Notes: generated by a model not told the origin, from the sequence alone. DNA of 64,000 nt from an uncultured Candidatus Saccharibacteria bacterium (GCA_964512925.1 CAZEKH010000004.1:2431-66430); one strand, 5' to 3'. Shown: positions 18,795 through 27,306, counted from the first letter of the stretch. A program made the numbers and translations.

Positions 18795-19512
18795 GAATAA
18801 AATATTAGCTATTGGCGTTTTAATTTTTGTGGTGGGCTTGACGATTGGAATTATTCAATTAGTCGGTGTTGGTATTGATTGGCTAAGGAAAAAATTAGAT
18901 TTGCCGAATACCTCTAATCCTGGAAGCGCACAACTAGCTCCAGGTTTATCTAGCAGTACTCCAGAGCGAGTTCAGCTTTCACAAAATTCTGATTTTGATT
19001 TTTATAATACACTAAATAAAATAGCACTATCTTCTTCTACAGAAAGCTGGGTTAATAAAAATGGAAAAGTGGAAGGGAGAATATATAAAAAATTTATTAG
19101 AGTCGATGGGGATATTTCTAATGCATACTTATTTGTTGAGGTCTCGGTTGATAATAATAAGCCTTTAACTGTTTGGGATAGTATATACGTTTCTTTAAGA
19201 AAGGAAGTTGGTGGTTATTTGTACGAACCTGTTGCTGGTCATTTGTTAAGATCAAAAAGTTTAAATATACCACCTTCTAATACCACGAGGTTGCTGTATG
19301 ATATGCAACAAATACCTTTTACGACTATCCCTTATTCGGATAATAATAATTTTGTAAACAAAAATTGGTTGTCAAATATTCAAACAGCTAAGACTTTTCA
19401 ATTTGAAACTTTCCTGTCTACAAGCAGAAAAGGCGGAAAGATTGTTAATATAAGCATCGGCTATCAATGTGCTCAAGAAACTCCTAATTGTAAACTAGAA
19501 GTAATCCAATAG
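18778..19512 (+). CDS. hypothetical membrane-anchored or secreted protein. The likely start is MQKDIKNK.
   Basis: N-terminal TM segment ILAIGVLIFVVGLTIGIIQLVGVGI, then a hydrophilic domain with two Cys near the C-terminus. Confidence 0.35.
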   Translation: MQKDIKNKILAIGVLIFVVGLTIGIIQLVGVGIDWLRKKLDLPNTSNPGSAQLAPGLSSSTPERVQLSQNSDFDFYNTLNKIALSSSTESWVNKNGKVEGRIYKKFIRVDGDISNAYLFVEVSVDNNKPLTVWDSIYVSLRKEVGGYLYEPVAGHLLRSKSLNIPPSNTTRLLYDMQQIPFTTIPYSDNNNFVNKNWLSNIQTAKTFQFETFLSTSRKGGKIVNISIGYQCAQETPNCKLEVIQ

Positions 19513-19625
19513 TTGTTTAAATTTTAATAGCCCTTAATCGGGCTATTTTTACTACATATTTAGGACGCCAGAAATTCTAAAAATTTCCTCATAAAGTAAG
19601 TTCCACCCATTTTTGAGAATCTCCA

Positions 19626-20000
19626 CCACTGCTTCGCCAAGGCTACGAAGTGCAAGCACACCGATAATGCTCGCCATTTGAAAAAGTTAAAACATTAGTA
19701 GCAACGAAGCAGTGCCCTTCGAAGCTTTAAGCGTAGTAGGGCTGTATCTTCTTCGCCAAGGCTACGAAGTGCAAGCACTGCTTATAGATAGGTTTGTTTA
19801 AAAAGTAAGCTTGTAAATTTACGATGCGAAGAAGTGTCCTGCGTAGCTTTAGCGAAGCAGGGCTGTATCTGCTTCTCTTTCACCTTCGCCAAGGCGACGA
19901 AGTGCAAGCACACCGATAATGCTAGCCATTTGAAAAAGTTAAAACATTAGTAGCAACGAAGCAGTGCCCTTCGAAGCTTTAAGCGAAGTAGGGCCATAAG
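19626..20000. repeat. non-coding array of ~110-bp repeats: two full copies plus partial internal copies
   Basis: CTTCGCCAAGGCTACGAAGTGCAAGCACACCGATAATGCTCGCCATTTGAAAAAGTTAAAACATTAGTAGCAACGAAGCAGTGCCCTTCGAAGCTTTAAGCG(T/A)AGTAGGGC occurs at about 19633-19745 and about 19886-19998. Partial copies lie between them (CTTCGCCAAGGCTACGAAGTGCAAGCACTGC..., GCGAAGCAGGGCTGTATCTGCTTC). Confidence 0.75.
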
Positions 20001-20058
20001 TTTATAAAATGCCCAACTATAAGGTTGGCTTTTTATTTTGGAGTGATATAATTCTTAT

Positions 20059-20298
20059 ATGCACTATACCTACATTCTCCAAAGCCTGCTAGATAAAAGC
20101 CATTATGTCGGCTCAACCCACGATTTAAAATCACGGATTGTTAAACATAACAACGGTGAGGTAACCTATTCAGCAAAAAAACGCCCTTGGAAACTGGTTT
20201 GGTACTGCGCTTTCCCAACAAAAAAGCAAGCAGTTGATTTTGAGCTCTATCTAAAACAAGGTTCAGGCTTTGCCTTTGCAAGAAAACATCTGGTTTAA
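20059..20298 (+). CDS. small GIY-YIG nuclease-family protein (UPF0213/YhbQ-like)
   Basis: YTYILQSLLDKSHYVGSTHDLKSRIVKHNNGE...WKLVWYCAFPTKKQAVDFELYLK matches the GIY-YIG core (YxYIL...YVGsT...R...H...kpWkLv..e.f....A...E..lK). Confidence 0.7.
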   Translation: MHYTYILQSLLDKSHYVGSTHDLKSRIVKHNNGEVTYSAKKRPWKLVWYCAFPTKKQAVDFELYLKQGSGFAFARKHLV

Positions 20299-20330
20299 AA
20301 TTAAAAAAGCTCCTTACCCCTTTTGTTTTT

Positions 20331-20405
20331 CCCAACGAGTCATATCTCGAAAGGGATATGGGTTCCGCAAGGGATCGGCTGGCGTGGGGCTTTGTGTTTC
20401 TGCGC
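20331..20405. repeat. structured ~65-nt repeat, copy 2 (related to 17700-17772)
   Basis: GAGTCATATCTCGAAAGGGATATGGGTTCCGCAAGGGATCGGCTGGCGTGGGGCTTTGTGTTT. Confidence 0.6.
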
Positions 20406-20433
20406 CGGCTTCTATCATTAAAAGAAATTTTAT

Positions 20434-20649
20434 ATGTTCGCGAAAAACAAGCTGCCGGTATTAGCAATAGCAATCTACACGTTTTTTAACCTTAAAGCGG
20501 TTTTGGGAATTATCTTCACTAAAGGTTGGTGGATGTTAGTTTTCACTACCAGTAATAATAGCGCGAGCACACTGACGCTAGGGGTAGTACTAGGATTATT
20601 CCTAAATGTTGGGGTCATACTGTATTTTTGGAAAAATATCAAAGTCTAA
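20434..20649 (+). CDS. small two-TM membrane protein (71 aa), hypothetical
   Basis: LPVLAIAIYTFFNLKAVLGIIF and LTLGVVLGLFLNVGVILYFW. It lies directly upstream of the large nuclease-NTPase gene. Confidence 0.3.
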   Translation: MFAKNKLPVLAIAIYTFFNLKAVLGIIFTKGWWMLVFTTSNNSASTLTLGVVLGLFLNVGVILYFWKNIKV

Positions 20650-20784
20650 GTACGGATATTAAAAATGTCAGGGGTATAATTCCCTGACATTTTTGTTAAA
20701 TGAGGCAAAAATATGAGGAGTGTTCCTGTAATTTTTCTCCCTAATATGTTATGATTTTAGTGAAAATACAGTATTCCAATCACT

Positions 20785-23469
20785 ATGTGCCTATTTTCTA
20801 CCCTTGAAGAATTAAAGAATGAAAGTGACGTAGAACAAAAGCTGGTTCTGCCTATACTAACAAGCCAGCCGCCTTTAGGTTTGGGTTTTTTAGTATCTGA
20901 TTTTAGAACCAAACCCGATATCAGACAAATTCAGATAGGAAAAGGATCAAGTTCAAAATTATACTTTCCTGACTATGTCGTTATAATGCAAGGCTTACCA
21001 CTTATGATAATCGAAGTGAAAAGACCTGGGGAAGACCTAAATGAAGCACTTAAAGAAGCTCGATTATATGCGTCAGAATTAAACGCCGAATACCCTGCTA
21101 AAATAAATCCGTGTTATAAAGTGGTTGTTACGAATGGGGAAAAAATTATATGCGCTGATTGGGATTCTAGTATTCCAGAATTAACTATTGAGTTTAAGGA
21201 TATAAATACCTCCAGCAAACCTTACGCTCAACTTATCTCTATACTATCGAGGGTAAGCATTTTTACCTTTGGCGAACAGATATACAAAAGAGTTAGAGGT
21301 AATAGAAAATTTCATAAGCCTACATTATCACTGGGTGGGAACTCTGTGCAGCATCAAGAGTTAGAACAAAATACTTTTGGGACATCCCTTGCTTTGGATT
21401 ACAGGCATATTTTTAACCCCACTACTTTAGAGGATCGAAAAAATATTGTTCAGCATGCCTACGTGCCATCAAAAAAAAGATTAAAACATGTTCAACCAAT
21501 TGATAGGATAATTAGGGCTGCGAAGCCTCCCAGCATAACAGACGCAAGGGCAATAAGCAGTACTGAAAATCCAAAAGAAATATACGATCAACTAAAAAAT
21601 AATAAATCTTTAATTGGCGAAATTTTACTTTTAATAGGGAGTGTCGGTTCAGGTAAAACAACTTTTATTGATTATTTAAGGGAGGTGGCCTTACCTCAAA
21701 ATTTGAAGAGAGATACAGAATGGGTCTTAATTGATTTGAATGATGCCCCTTTAGCAAAAGAAGAAATTTACAAATGGGTAAAAATTAAGATGATCGAGGG
21801 GCTCAAAGAAGCTCATCCTGATATTGATTTCGACGAACTTTCAACTCTAAAAAAGATTTTTTCAGTAGAACTAGCTAAGGTCGAGAAAGGAACGGCGGCT
21901 TTATTTGAAAAAGATTCAATTCAACATAAAGAACTTTTAGCAAATAAGCTTTCTTCTCTACAAGAAGATAATGACGCTATTCTAAAATATCTTATTAAAT
22001 ATCTTTGTGAAAGTCAGAACAGACTGCTTATAACTGTTTTGGATAACTGTGATAAACGCAATAGAGAAGATCAATTGCTAATGTTTGATCTTGCGAAATG
22101 GCTTCAAAAAGAATACGCGAGTTTAATTTTTCTCCCGTTACGGGATGTTACTTATGATCACCATAGAAAAGAACCACCACTTGATACTGCAATAAAGGAT
22201 TTGGTTTTTAGAATTGACCCTCCTACTTTTGCGGAAGTCATTTACAAACGTGTAAAATATGCTTTAAGAAACGCGCCTAATACCCTCTATTACAGCTTAC
22301 CTAATGGCATGACTGTCGCTTATAATAAAGAAGAACGTGAAACGTATTTAGCGTGTATACTTCGTTCATTATTTCAAAATGATATCTTTTTTAAGAGGTT
22401 GGTGGCAGGGCTTGCGGGTCGTAATATAAGAAAAGGGATAGAGTTATTCTTAGATTTTTGTAAAAGTGGCCATATTAGTGAATCAGAAATTCTAAAAATG
22501 AGACATTCAAAAGGCGACCACCTAATCCCACCTCATTTAGTCACAAGGGTTTTATTCCGAGGGAATCGAAGATATTATAACGATGTTAATTCAAATGTAA
22601 AAAATTTATTTACTTCCGAACCAAAGGATGTGATTCCAGATCCATACTCACGTCTTGCTATTTTACGTTGGCTCTCAAATAAATTTAAGGTCCGCGGCCC
22701 TAATGGCGTAATGGGCTACCATAAAGTATCTGAATTGATAAAACAGCTCGTCCCACTTGGACATAATGATGATAGAATCAGAGTTGAAATAAAAAATCTG
22801 GTTACCGCAGGGTGCGTCAGTACAGAATCACAGGATGATATTGAGGAAAACAACATTACAATAGATGACGAAGATTTAATAACAATTGCACCCGCAGGTC
22901 ACATACACTTAGAACTATTATCTAATTTAGATTATCTTTCATCCTGCTCCGAAGATTTATGGTACAGCGAGCAAGAATTAGCAGAAAAAATTTCTAAAAG
23001 GTTAATCGGTGGCGGGACTACGGGACACCTTTCCTTGCGTGCGTCTTATGAAAATGCTAAGGATATGGTTGATTATTTAATGAGATATAAGGGGCATGTG
23101 CTATCGAAGCCAGAATTATATCTTGCTAATAATTCTTTTGAACATCTTACAGACTTTACTCAAAGTCTCAAGGCCATCGAAAAATCACAAAGGAATCTTC
23201 ATGTAGAGCCTGGGTCTGATAAATTAAAACTACTATACCCAAACGGTACTACAATGGAAGCTCAAGTTGTTTCTATTCAAACATATGGGATTTTTGTTGA
23301 GTTTGGCTTACACGCTACAGGCTTAATCCGTTTTGATAAAACGGCAAAAGTTGAAAAACCCGGAAGCCTTCTCTACGAAGATGTAGAAACTGGTGACTGG
23401 GTTAAAATTGAAGTTATAAATTATAATGAGTACCATAAAAAGTTTGATGTTAAAATTTTAAGTGAATAA
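20785..23469 (+). CDS. multidomain protein: N-terminal HsdR_N/Mrr-like PD-(D/E)xK nuclease domain, a central P-loop NTPase (Walker A and Walker B), and a C-terminal S1-type OB-fold RNA-binding domain. Candidate STAND-like defence protein.
   Basis: N-terminus EQKLVLPILTSQ...LGF...PDYVVIMQGLPLMIIEVKRPGEDLNEALKEARLYA matches the HsdR_N pattern (PDyvlf..g.pl.viEaK...l..a..Qa..Ya). Walker A is LLLIGSVGSGKTTFIDYL and Walker B is LLITVLDNCDKR. The C-terminus GTTMEAQVVSIQTYGIFVEFGLHATGLIRFDKTAKVEKPGSLLYEDVETGDWVKIEVINYNEYHKKFDVKILSE matches the S1 consensus (G.V.i..fGaFV.l..g..GL.h.s......P......G..v.vkV...d.....i.LS). Confidence 0.6.
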   Translation: MCLFSTLEELKNESDVEQKLVLPILTSQPPLGLGFLVSDFRTKPDIRQIQIGKGSSSKLYFPDYVVIMQGLPLMIIEVKRPGEDLNEALKEARLYASELNAEYPAKINPCYKVVVTNGEKIICADWDSSIPELTIEFKDINTSSKPYAQLISILSRVSIFTFGEQIYKRVRGNRKFHKPTLSLGGNSVQHQELEQNTFGTSLALDYRHIFNPTTLEDRKNIVQHAYVPSKKRLKHVQPIDRIIRAAKPPSITDARAISSTENPKEIYDQLKNNKSLIGEILLLIGSVGSGKTTFIDYLREVALPQNLKRDTEWVLIDLNDAPLAKEEIYKWVKIKMIEGLKEAHPDIDFDELSTLKKIFSVELAKVEKGTAALFEKDSIQHKELLANKLSSLQEDNDAILKYLIKYLCESQNRLLITVLDNCDKRNREDQLLMFDLAKWLQKEYASLIFLPLRDVTYDHHRKEPPLDTAIKDLVFRIDPPTFAEVIYKRVKYALRNAPNTLYYSLPNGMTVAYNKEERETYLACILRSLFQNDIFFKRLVAGLAGRNIRKGIELFLDFCKSGHISESEILKMRHSKGDHLIPPHLVTRVLFRGNRRYYNDVNSNVKNLFTSEPKDVIPDPYSRLAILRWLSNKFKVRGPNGVMGYHKVSELIKQLVPLGHNDDRIRVEIKNLVTAGCVSTESQDDIEENNITIDDEDLITIAPAGHIHLELLSNLDYLSSCSEDLWYSEQELAEKISKRLIGGGTTGHLSLRASYENAKDMVDYLMRYKGHVLSKPELYLANNSFEHLTDFTQSLKAIEKSQRNLHVEPGSDKLKLLYPNGTTMEAQVVSIQTYGIFVEFGLHATGLIRFDKTAKVEKPGSLLYEDVETGDWVKIEVINYNEYHKKFDVKILSE

Positions 23470-23561
23470 AAGTACAGAAATATTTAACCTGTGTAAAACT
23501 CATTTTGTGATTTAGGGTATAATGAAAACAGGGCAATAGCCCTGCCTTTCGTTAAAATCCC

Positions 23562-23930
23562 TTAGCTACCTGTTATCAGGTCGTTGAGGGATTTTATATT
23601 ATGTTCCTCAAGATAAGTCCCGAGGTGCATATCGTCCCGAACACCCAGGTCGATTCCATATTGTTTCTCAATAGTCCCAATATGGGTATCGTCCCGCTTA
23701 TCGCGGAGTTGTCCGTTCTCGTTTCGAGAACGACAACCGCGCATGCCGGCAGCGTCATTATAGCATTTAGCCATAACTTGCCCTTTCCTTAATTGGAAGG
23801 CGACTAAATCCTTCTGGCCGTAATTCGACCAAGCCCGTAGAAGTCGATCCGTAACAGGAAGGAGTTTAGTATTATGGCAAAGGCTATGCCCTGTTTCCAC
23901 TTTTTGAATAACAATGGGGACATGACCCAT
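23562..23930 (-). CDS. hypothetical protein in a GC-enriched (~50%) segment
   Basis: 122-aa ORF flanked by hairpin terminators. No recognisable domain. Confidence 0.3.
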   Translation of the reverse strand: MGHVPIVIQKVETGHSLCHNTKLLPVTDRLLRAWSNYGQKDLVAFQLRKGQVMAKCYNDAAGMRGCRSRNENGQLRDKRDDTHIGTIEKQYGIDLGVRDDMHLGTYLEEHNIKSLNDLITGS

Positions 23931-24017
23931 TGTTATTTTTGATATATTTTCAATAAAAATTTATAAACGAAAAGCCGCCGAGGTTGTACCCGGCGGCGTT
24001 TTGGTCGTGGCATCCTC

Positions 24018-24380
24018 CTATTTCCACAAACCGTCGTAGTACTTGTCAGCGATTACCCATAAGCGGTATAGGTAGGTTACCCCAGAAACCAGCAAAATGT
24101 ATGACATTATCTTTTCCATTCCCCCCAGAAGCTCCGTAGGTGGGAGGAAAATCAGCATGAAGGCGACCCATCCCGAACTAAGATTGATGATCCTGGCGCG
24201 GTAAACGCCAAGCCTCTCGAAGACTGTCTTGGTTTCCGAAAGGCAATACACTGTCAACGACGAGAACAGTGTCAGCCAAACCGCCGTTTTCATATTTCCG
24301 TAGCGTTCAGTGACGCTATAGATTGCGAAATACAGGCCTAGAGCTGTCACGGCCTGCAAAAATGTACTTACGAATTTCAT
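24018..24380 (-). CDS. hypothetical four-TM membrane protein. The likely start is MKFVSTF.
   Basis: Helices FLQAVTALGLYFAIYSV, VWLTLFSSLTVYCL, WVAFMLIFLPPTELL and ILLVSGVTYLYRLWVI. A minus-strand terminator GCCGCCGGGTACAACCTCGGCGGC plus T-run lies at about 23972-24000. Confidence 0.4.
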   Translation of the reverse strand: MKFVSTFLQAVTALGLYFAIYSVTERYGNMKTAVWLTLFSSLTVYCLSETKTVFERLGVYRARIINLSSGWVAFMLIFLPPTELLGGMEKIMSYILLVSGVTYLYRLWVIADKYYDGLWK

Positions 24381-24552
24381 TTGTTTCCTCCCGCCAAGGT
24401 TTCCGAACAAATCAAAATACCACTATTTAGTGGAGTTTGTCAATCTTTTTTTAAAAGATAATTTACAAGATTTCGAATTCTAAACTTCGTTAAAGCTATG
24501 GCTTGCGAGGCAAGTTCGGAATGACACTGAATCTAATGGAAAAAAAATTACC

Positions 24553-24588
24553 AAAACACCCCGACCTAAGTCGGGGTGTTTTGGTTTT
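24553..24588. terminator. bidirectional intrinsic terminator
   Basis: AAAACACCCCGACctaaGTCGGGGTGTTTTggtttt. Confidence 0.75.
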
Positions 24589-24607
24589 GATAATTAAAAT
24601 AAAGTAT

Positions 24608-24835
24608 TTAGTGTATTGGCGGGCCGTCTGGTTCGTTTCGTCCTTCGGTGACTACAAAGCTCACGCAGTCGCCTTGGTTTTTGAACATCTGGCCGTAGTT
24701 TCTCCAACCGTCTTTTTTACACTGCTGAGCTTCAGTCGGGAAAGTCGGGGGAACCACAGCGGCAAAAGCCAAGCTGGAAAAAGCCATCAAACCTGCAGAA
24801 GCGGCAGCTCCAACCGCAATTTTAAATTTATTCAT
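24608..24835 (-). CDS. small secreted Cys-containing peptide (75 aa) with a signal peptide
   Basis: MNKFKIAVGAAASAGLMAFSSLAFA is a signal peptide. The mature ~50-aa peptide has 2 Cys (QQCKKDGWRNYGQMFKNQGDCVSF). The gene has its own terminator. Confidence 0.4.
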   Translation of the reverse strand: MNKFKIAVGAAASAGLMAFSSLAFAAVVPPTFPTEAQQCKKDGWRNYGQMFKNQGDCVSFVVTEGRNEPDGPPIH

Positions 24836-24891
24836 ATGATTTTATTTTTTTGTTTCTAAAAATTTTCGACCTTTTAGGTATTATATCACAA

Positions 24892-25275
24892 TCAATTATA
24901 TCTTTTGTATATATAGTTTACTTGAGTACTTAAATCAATGCCAAAAGATTCGGAAGATAGACTGAAACTTCCAGGTTCTCCCGGAGATTCGTTGTCTGAG
25001 CCTTTTGGCGTAAGTTGAGTTTTAGGATTGGTTAAAGATACTTCGTTAGTTCTTTGCATTCTTATAGCAGCTTTAGCTAATTCTTTAGGAGTAACTGTTT
25101 GATCCGCCAACTGTATACTAATAAGTATTTGTCCAAATGTCTGAGTTTTTTTTTCTATTAAAAAATGTCTGATAGCTTGTTCCAATAACACCTCTTCTGA
25201 TACTTCAGGCAAATTTAAAAGTTCCCTCAGCGCCCCATATTTATATTGTGGTTCTTTAAAAAATTCTCTAGCCAT
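24892..25275 (-). CDS. hypothetical protein
   Basis: 127-aa ORF whose start overlaps the stop of the upstream histidine phosphatase gene (translational coupling). Confidence 0.35.
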   Translation of the reverse strand: MAREFFKEPQYKYGALRELLNLPEVSEEVLLEQAIRHFLIEKKTQTFGQILISIQLADQTVTPKELAKAAIRMQRTNEVSLTNPKTQLTPKGSDNESPGEPGSFSLSSESFGIDLSTQVNYIYKRYN

Positions 25276-25907
25276 TATTTTAAAAGCGATTTAATGTTCT
25301 TTTTTACGCCGTCCGTGATGGTCCACTCGTAGATGTCCGTGTTGCCGATATCCTTTTTTTTGGTCATATGGTCGGTATGGTAAATGCGGATGATTTCCGG
25401 GAAATGGAAAAGCAAAAGCCTTAAGGGACCTGCGTGCGTAACAACGCCGATATTGTTGTTAGCGTAGTTTTCCGCCATATCCCAAACGCAGGACAAAAGC
25501 CTTTCCCGAACCTGAGCAACAGTTTCTCCGCCAAAAGGCGTATAGTCATAGGTCTGCATTATATCCATCCTACGGAAGTCGGGCAAGACTTTTTCTATTT
25601 CGCTTTGGGTTTTGCCGGACAAAGAGCCGAAGTCTCGCTCTTCCAAACGATGGTCTATAAAAACCGGAATAGGGGACTTTAAATGCTTGTTGATCAAAGC
25701 TGCGGTTTGTTCGCTTCTAAAAAGCTGGGAAGAAAACATCAAATCCAAATTTAACGGCAAAATTTGCGGGATGGCTTCTTCCAGCTGGCGGATGCCAAGC
25801 GTGTCTAAATACTCGTTAACACGAACGCCTTGCTCAATGCCCAGGCGGTTGGCCGGGGTTTGTCCGTGGCGGATGAAATAAATTGTGGTTTGCGATCTTA
25901 AATTCAA
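25275..25907 (-). CDS. histidine phosphatase family (phosphoglycerate-mutase-like) protein
   Basis: TIYFIRHGQTPANR is the RHG catalytic motif. Length and downstream conservation are typical of the family. Confidence 0.75.
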   Translation of the reverse strand: MNLRSQTTIYFIRHGQTPANRLGIEQGVRVNEYLDTLGIRQLEEAIPQILPLNLDLMFSSQLFRSEQTAALINKHLKSPIPVFIDHRLEERDFGSLSGKTQSEIEKVLPDFRRMDIMQTYDYTPFGGETVAQVRERLLSCVWDMAENYANNNIGVVTHAGPLRLLLFHFPEIIRIYHTDHMTKKKDIGNTDIYEWTITDGVKKNIKSLLK

Positions 25908-25982
25908 AGGCTAAATAGTTAGAAATTTTAGGGCAGACTTTTAAAACCTCCTCCCAGCCTTAGGCAAAAGAGGAGGCTTAGA

Positions 25983-26381
25983 CTATTTTTTTGTGGTTTT
26001 TTTGCTTTTGGCCTTGGTCTTGGCTTTCGGTTTGGTTGCGGTTTTTTCTGAAACGTATTTTTTAACGTGTTTTTCTATGTTTTGCCACTGGCCTTTGAGG
26101 TCTTTGGCGACTTCTTTGGCTTTGGGGGTAAAATCCGCTTCCACTTTTTCATATTTTTTTAAAACATCTGAAACGGTTTTTTCAAAACTGTCTTTGGAAA
26201 TGCCTTTTAGCTTTGCCAGTTCTTTAACCACTTCTTTTTTTGCATCTTCAATCAGCTTGGCGGTTTTAGTCCTGGCTGATTTGGCTTTAGGAGAAGTAAA
26301 AAAGAAATACGCTCCTGCCGCCGCTGCTGCCATCGCCGCCATACCCGCTGCTGTTTTTGCGCCTTGGTGTTTTTGTGCCAT
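25983..26381 (-). CDS. YtxH-like (DUF948) Lys/Ala-rich membrane-associated protein. The likely start is MAQKHQ.
   Basis: AAGMAAMAAAAAGAYFFFTSPKAKSARTKTAKLIEDAKKEV matches the YtxH N-terminal pattern (GaaaGaaagLLfAPksG.e.R..l). Lys-rich coiled coil follows. Confidence 0.5.
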   Translation of the reverse strand: MAQKHQGAKTAAGMAAMAAAAAGAYFFFTSPKAKSARTKTAKLIEDAKKEVVKELAKLKGISKDSFEKTVSDVLKKYEKVEADFTPKAKEVAKDLKGQWQNIEKHVKKYVSEKTATKPKAKTKAKSKKTTKK

Positions 26382-26400
26382 AATTTTTCCTTTCGTGGAG

Positions 26401-26673
26401 TTATTTTTTTTCTTTTTTTGTTTTACCCTGGACAAAAGAAAAGAAGGAGGCCAGGTCTTTTACCCTTTGCCCTTGGCCTTTGATGTTTTCCCTGAGATTT
26501 CCTACATCTTCCACTATCTTGTCCGCTTCAGCCTTAGCTTTTTGGGAGATGTATTTTAAGTCCCGACTGATTTTAACCAGATAATACAAAAGAACAGCCA
26601 AAAATAAAGTTAAAATTATTGTGGCAACCGAAGTGATGAAAAAAAAGATATCAGATTTTGCTATTGTTTCCAT
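26401..26673 (-). CDS. DUF948-like small membrane-anchored coiled-coil protein
   Basis: N-terminal TM segment IFFFITSVATIILTLFLAVLLYYLV followed by a coiled coil. It is paired with the YtxH-like gene. Confidence 0.45.
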   Translation of the reverse strand: METIAKSDIFFFITSVATIILTLFLAVLLYYLVKISRDLKYISQKAKAEADKIVEDVGNLRENIKGQGQRVKDLASFFSFVQGKTKKEKK

Positions 26674-26757
26674 ATATCTATTATAGCATGACTTTAGTGG
26701 GTAATAAAAACTATGTATTACGGTGCATAATACATAATACTTTATACAATATACTGA

Positions 26758-27306
26758 TTAGTTATTCCCATAAATTCTAAAAAGTTCCAAAAGTACATTT
26801 TCATATTGTTTGCGGATGCTTTCATCTTGTCCGACTTCCAAAACCTCGTCGTTGAGGTTGGTGGCAGCGGAAGTCCAGTTAAAACTGCCTGAAGCGTAAG
26901 CTTTTTCCGTAACTACCGTTTTTAAGTGCATAATAGAAGTATGATCCTGTGTATAAACCGGGATGCCGGCATCTTTAAGTTCTTTAACAATCTTTCCTTG
27001 GAGTTCGGTTTTTGCCATCTGGTCGCGGTCAGTGATGCCAATGACAGTAAGTCCCCGGTGTTTAGCTGCTAAAAGCGCGTCTTTGATGTCAGAACGGGTG
27101 AAGGTATAAACCGCAAAATACACAAACCGGTCCGCATCGCGGATGAGGGAAATCAACTCTTTGTTAAGGGGTCGGTTTTGGTTGTAGTAAACTTTAACTT
27201 CGCGCTCCTCCGCGGGAATATATTTATAGGAATAAAAAAATTGCGCGCAAAGCGCGATGAGTAGGACGATGACAAGTATGTATATTTTTTCTCTAGTGGG
27301 GGTCAT
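26758..27306 (-). CDS. phospholipase D-like (HKD motif) domain protein, Nuc/PLD nuclease family, membrane-anchored
   Basis: HLKTVVTEKAYASGSFNWTSAA is the HxK(x)4D(x)6GSxN motif. The N-terminal TM segment is IYILVIVLLIALCAQFF. Confidence 0.7.
   Translation of the reverse strand: MTPTREKIYILVIVLLIALCAQFFYSYKYIPAEEREVKVYYNQNRPLNKELISLIRDADRFVYFAVYTFTRSDIKDALLAAKHRGLTVIGITDRDQMAKTELQGKIVKELKDAGIPVYTQDHTSIMHLKTVVTEKAYASGSFNWTSAATNLNDEVLEVGQDESIRKQYENVLLELFRIYGNN

Larger units (their letters stand above)
13230..20420. mobile_element. putative integrated mobile element or its remnant: serine recombinase, frameshifted RCR Rep, structured non-coding segments, DUF2726, repeat array, GIY-YIG. Boundaries are uncertain.
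   Basis: Hallmark mobile-element genes are co-located. A tRNA-like 3' fragment lies at the recombinase end. Internal direct repeats occur at 17700 and 20331. GC-atypical segments are present. This is inference from gene content, not from identified att sites. Confidence 0.35.

Noticed and set aside
19626-20000. Possible CRISPR array suggested by the repeated units
   Set aside because: The units are about 110 bp long, which is far beyond CRISPR repeat length. They are tandem or partially overlapping, with no regular unique spacers, and no cas genes are nearby.
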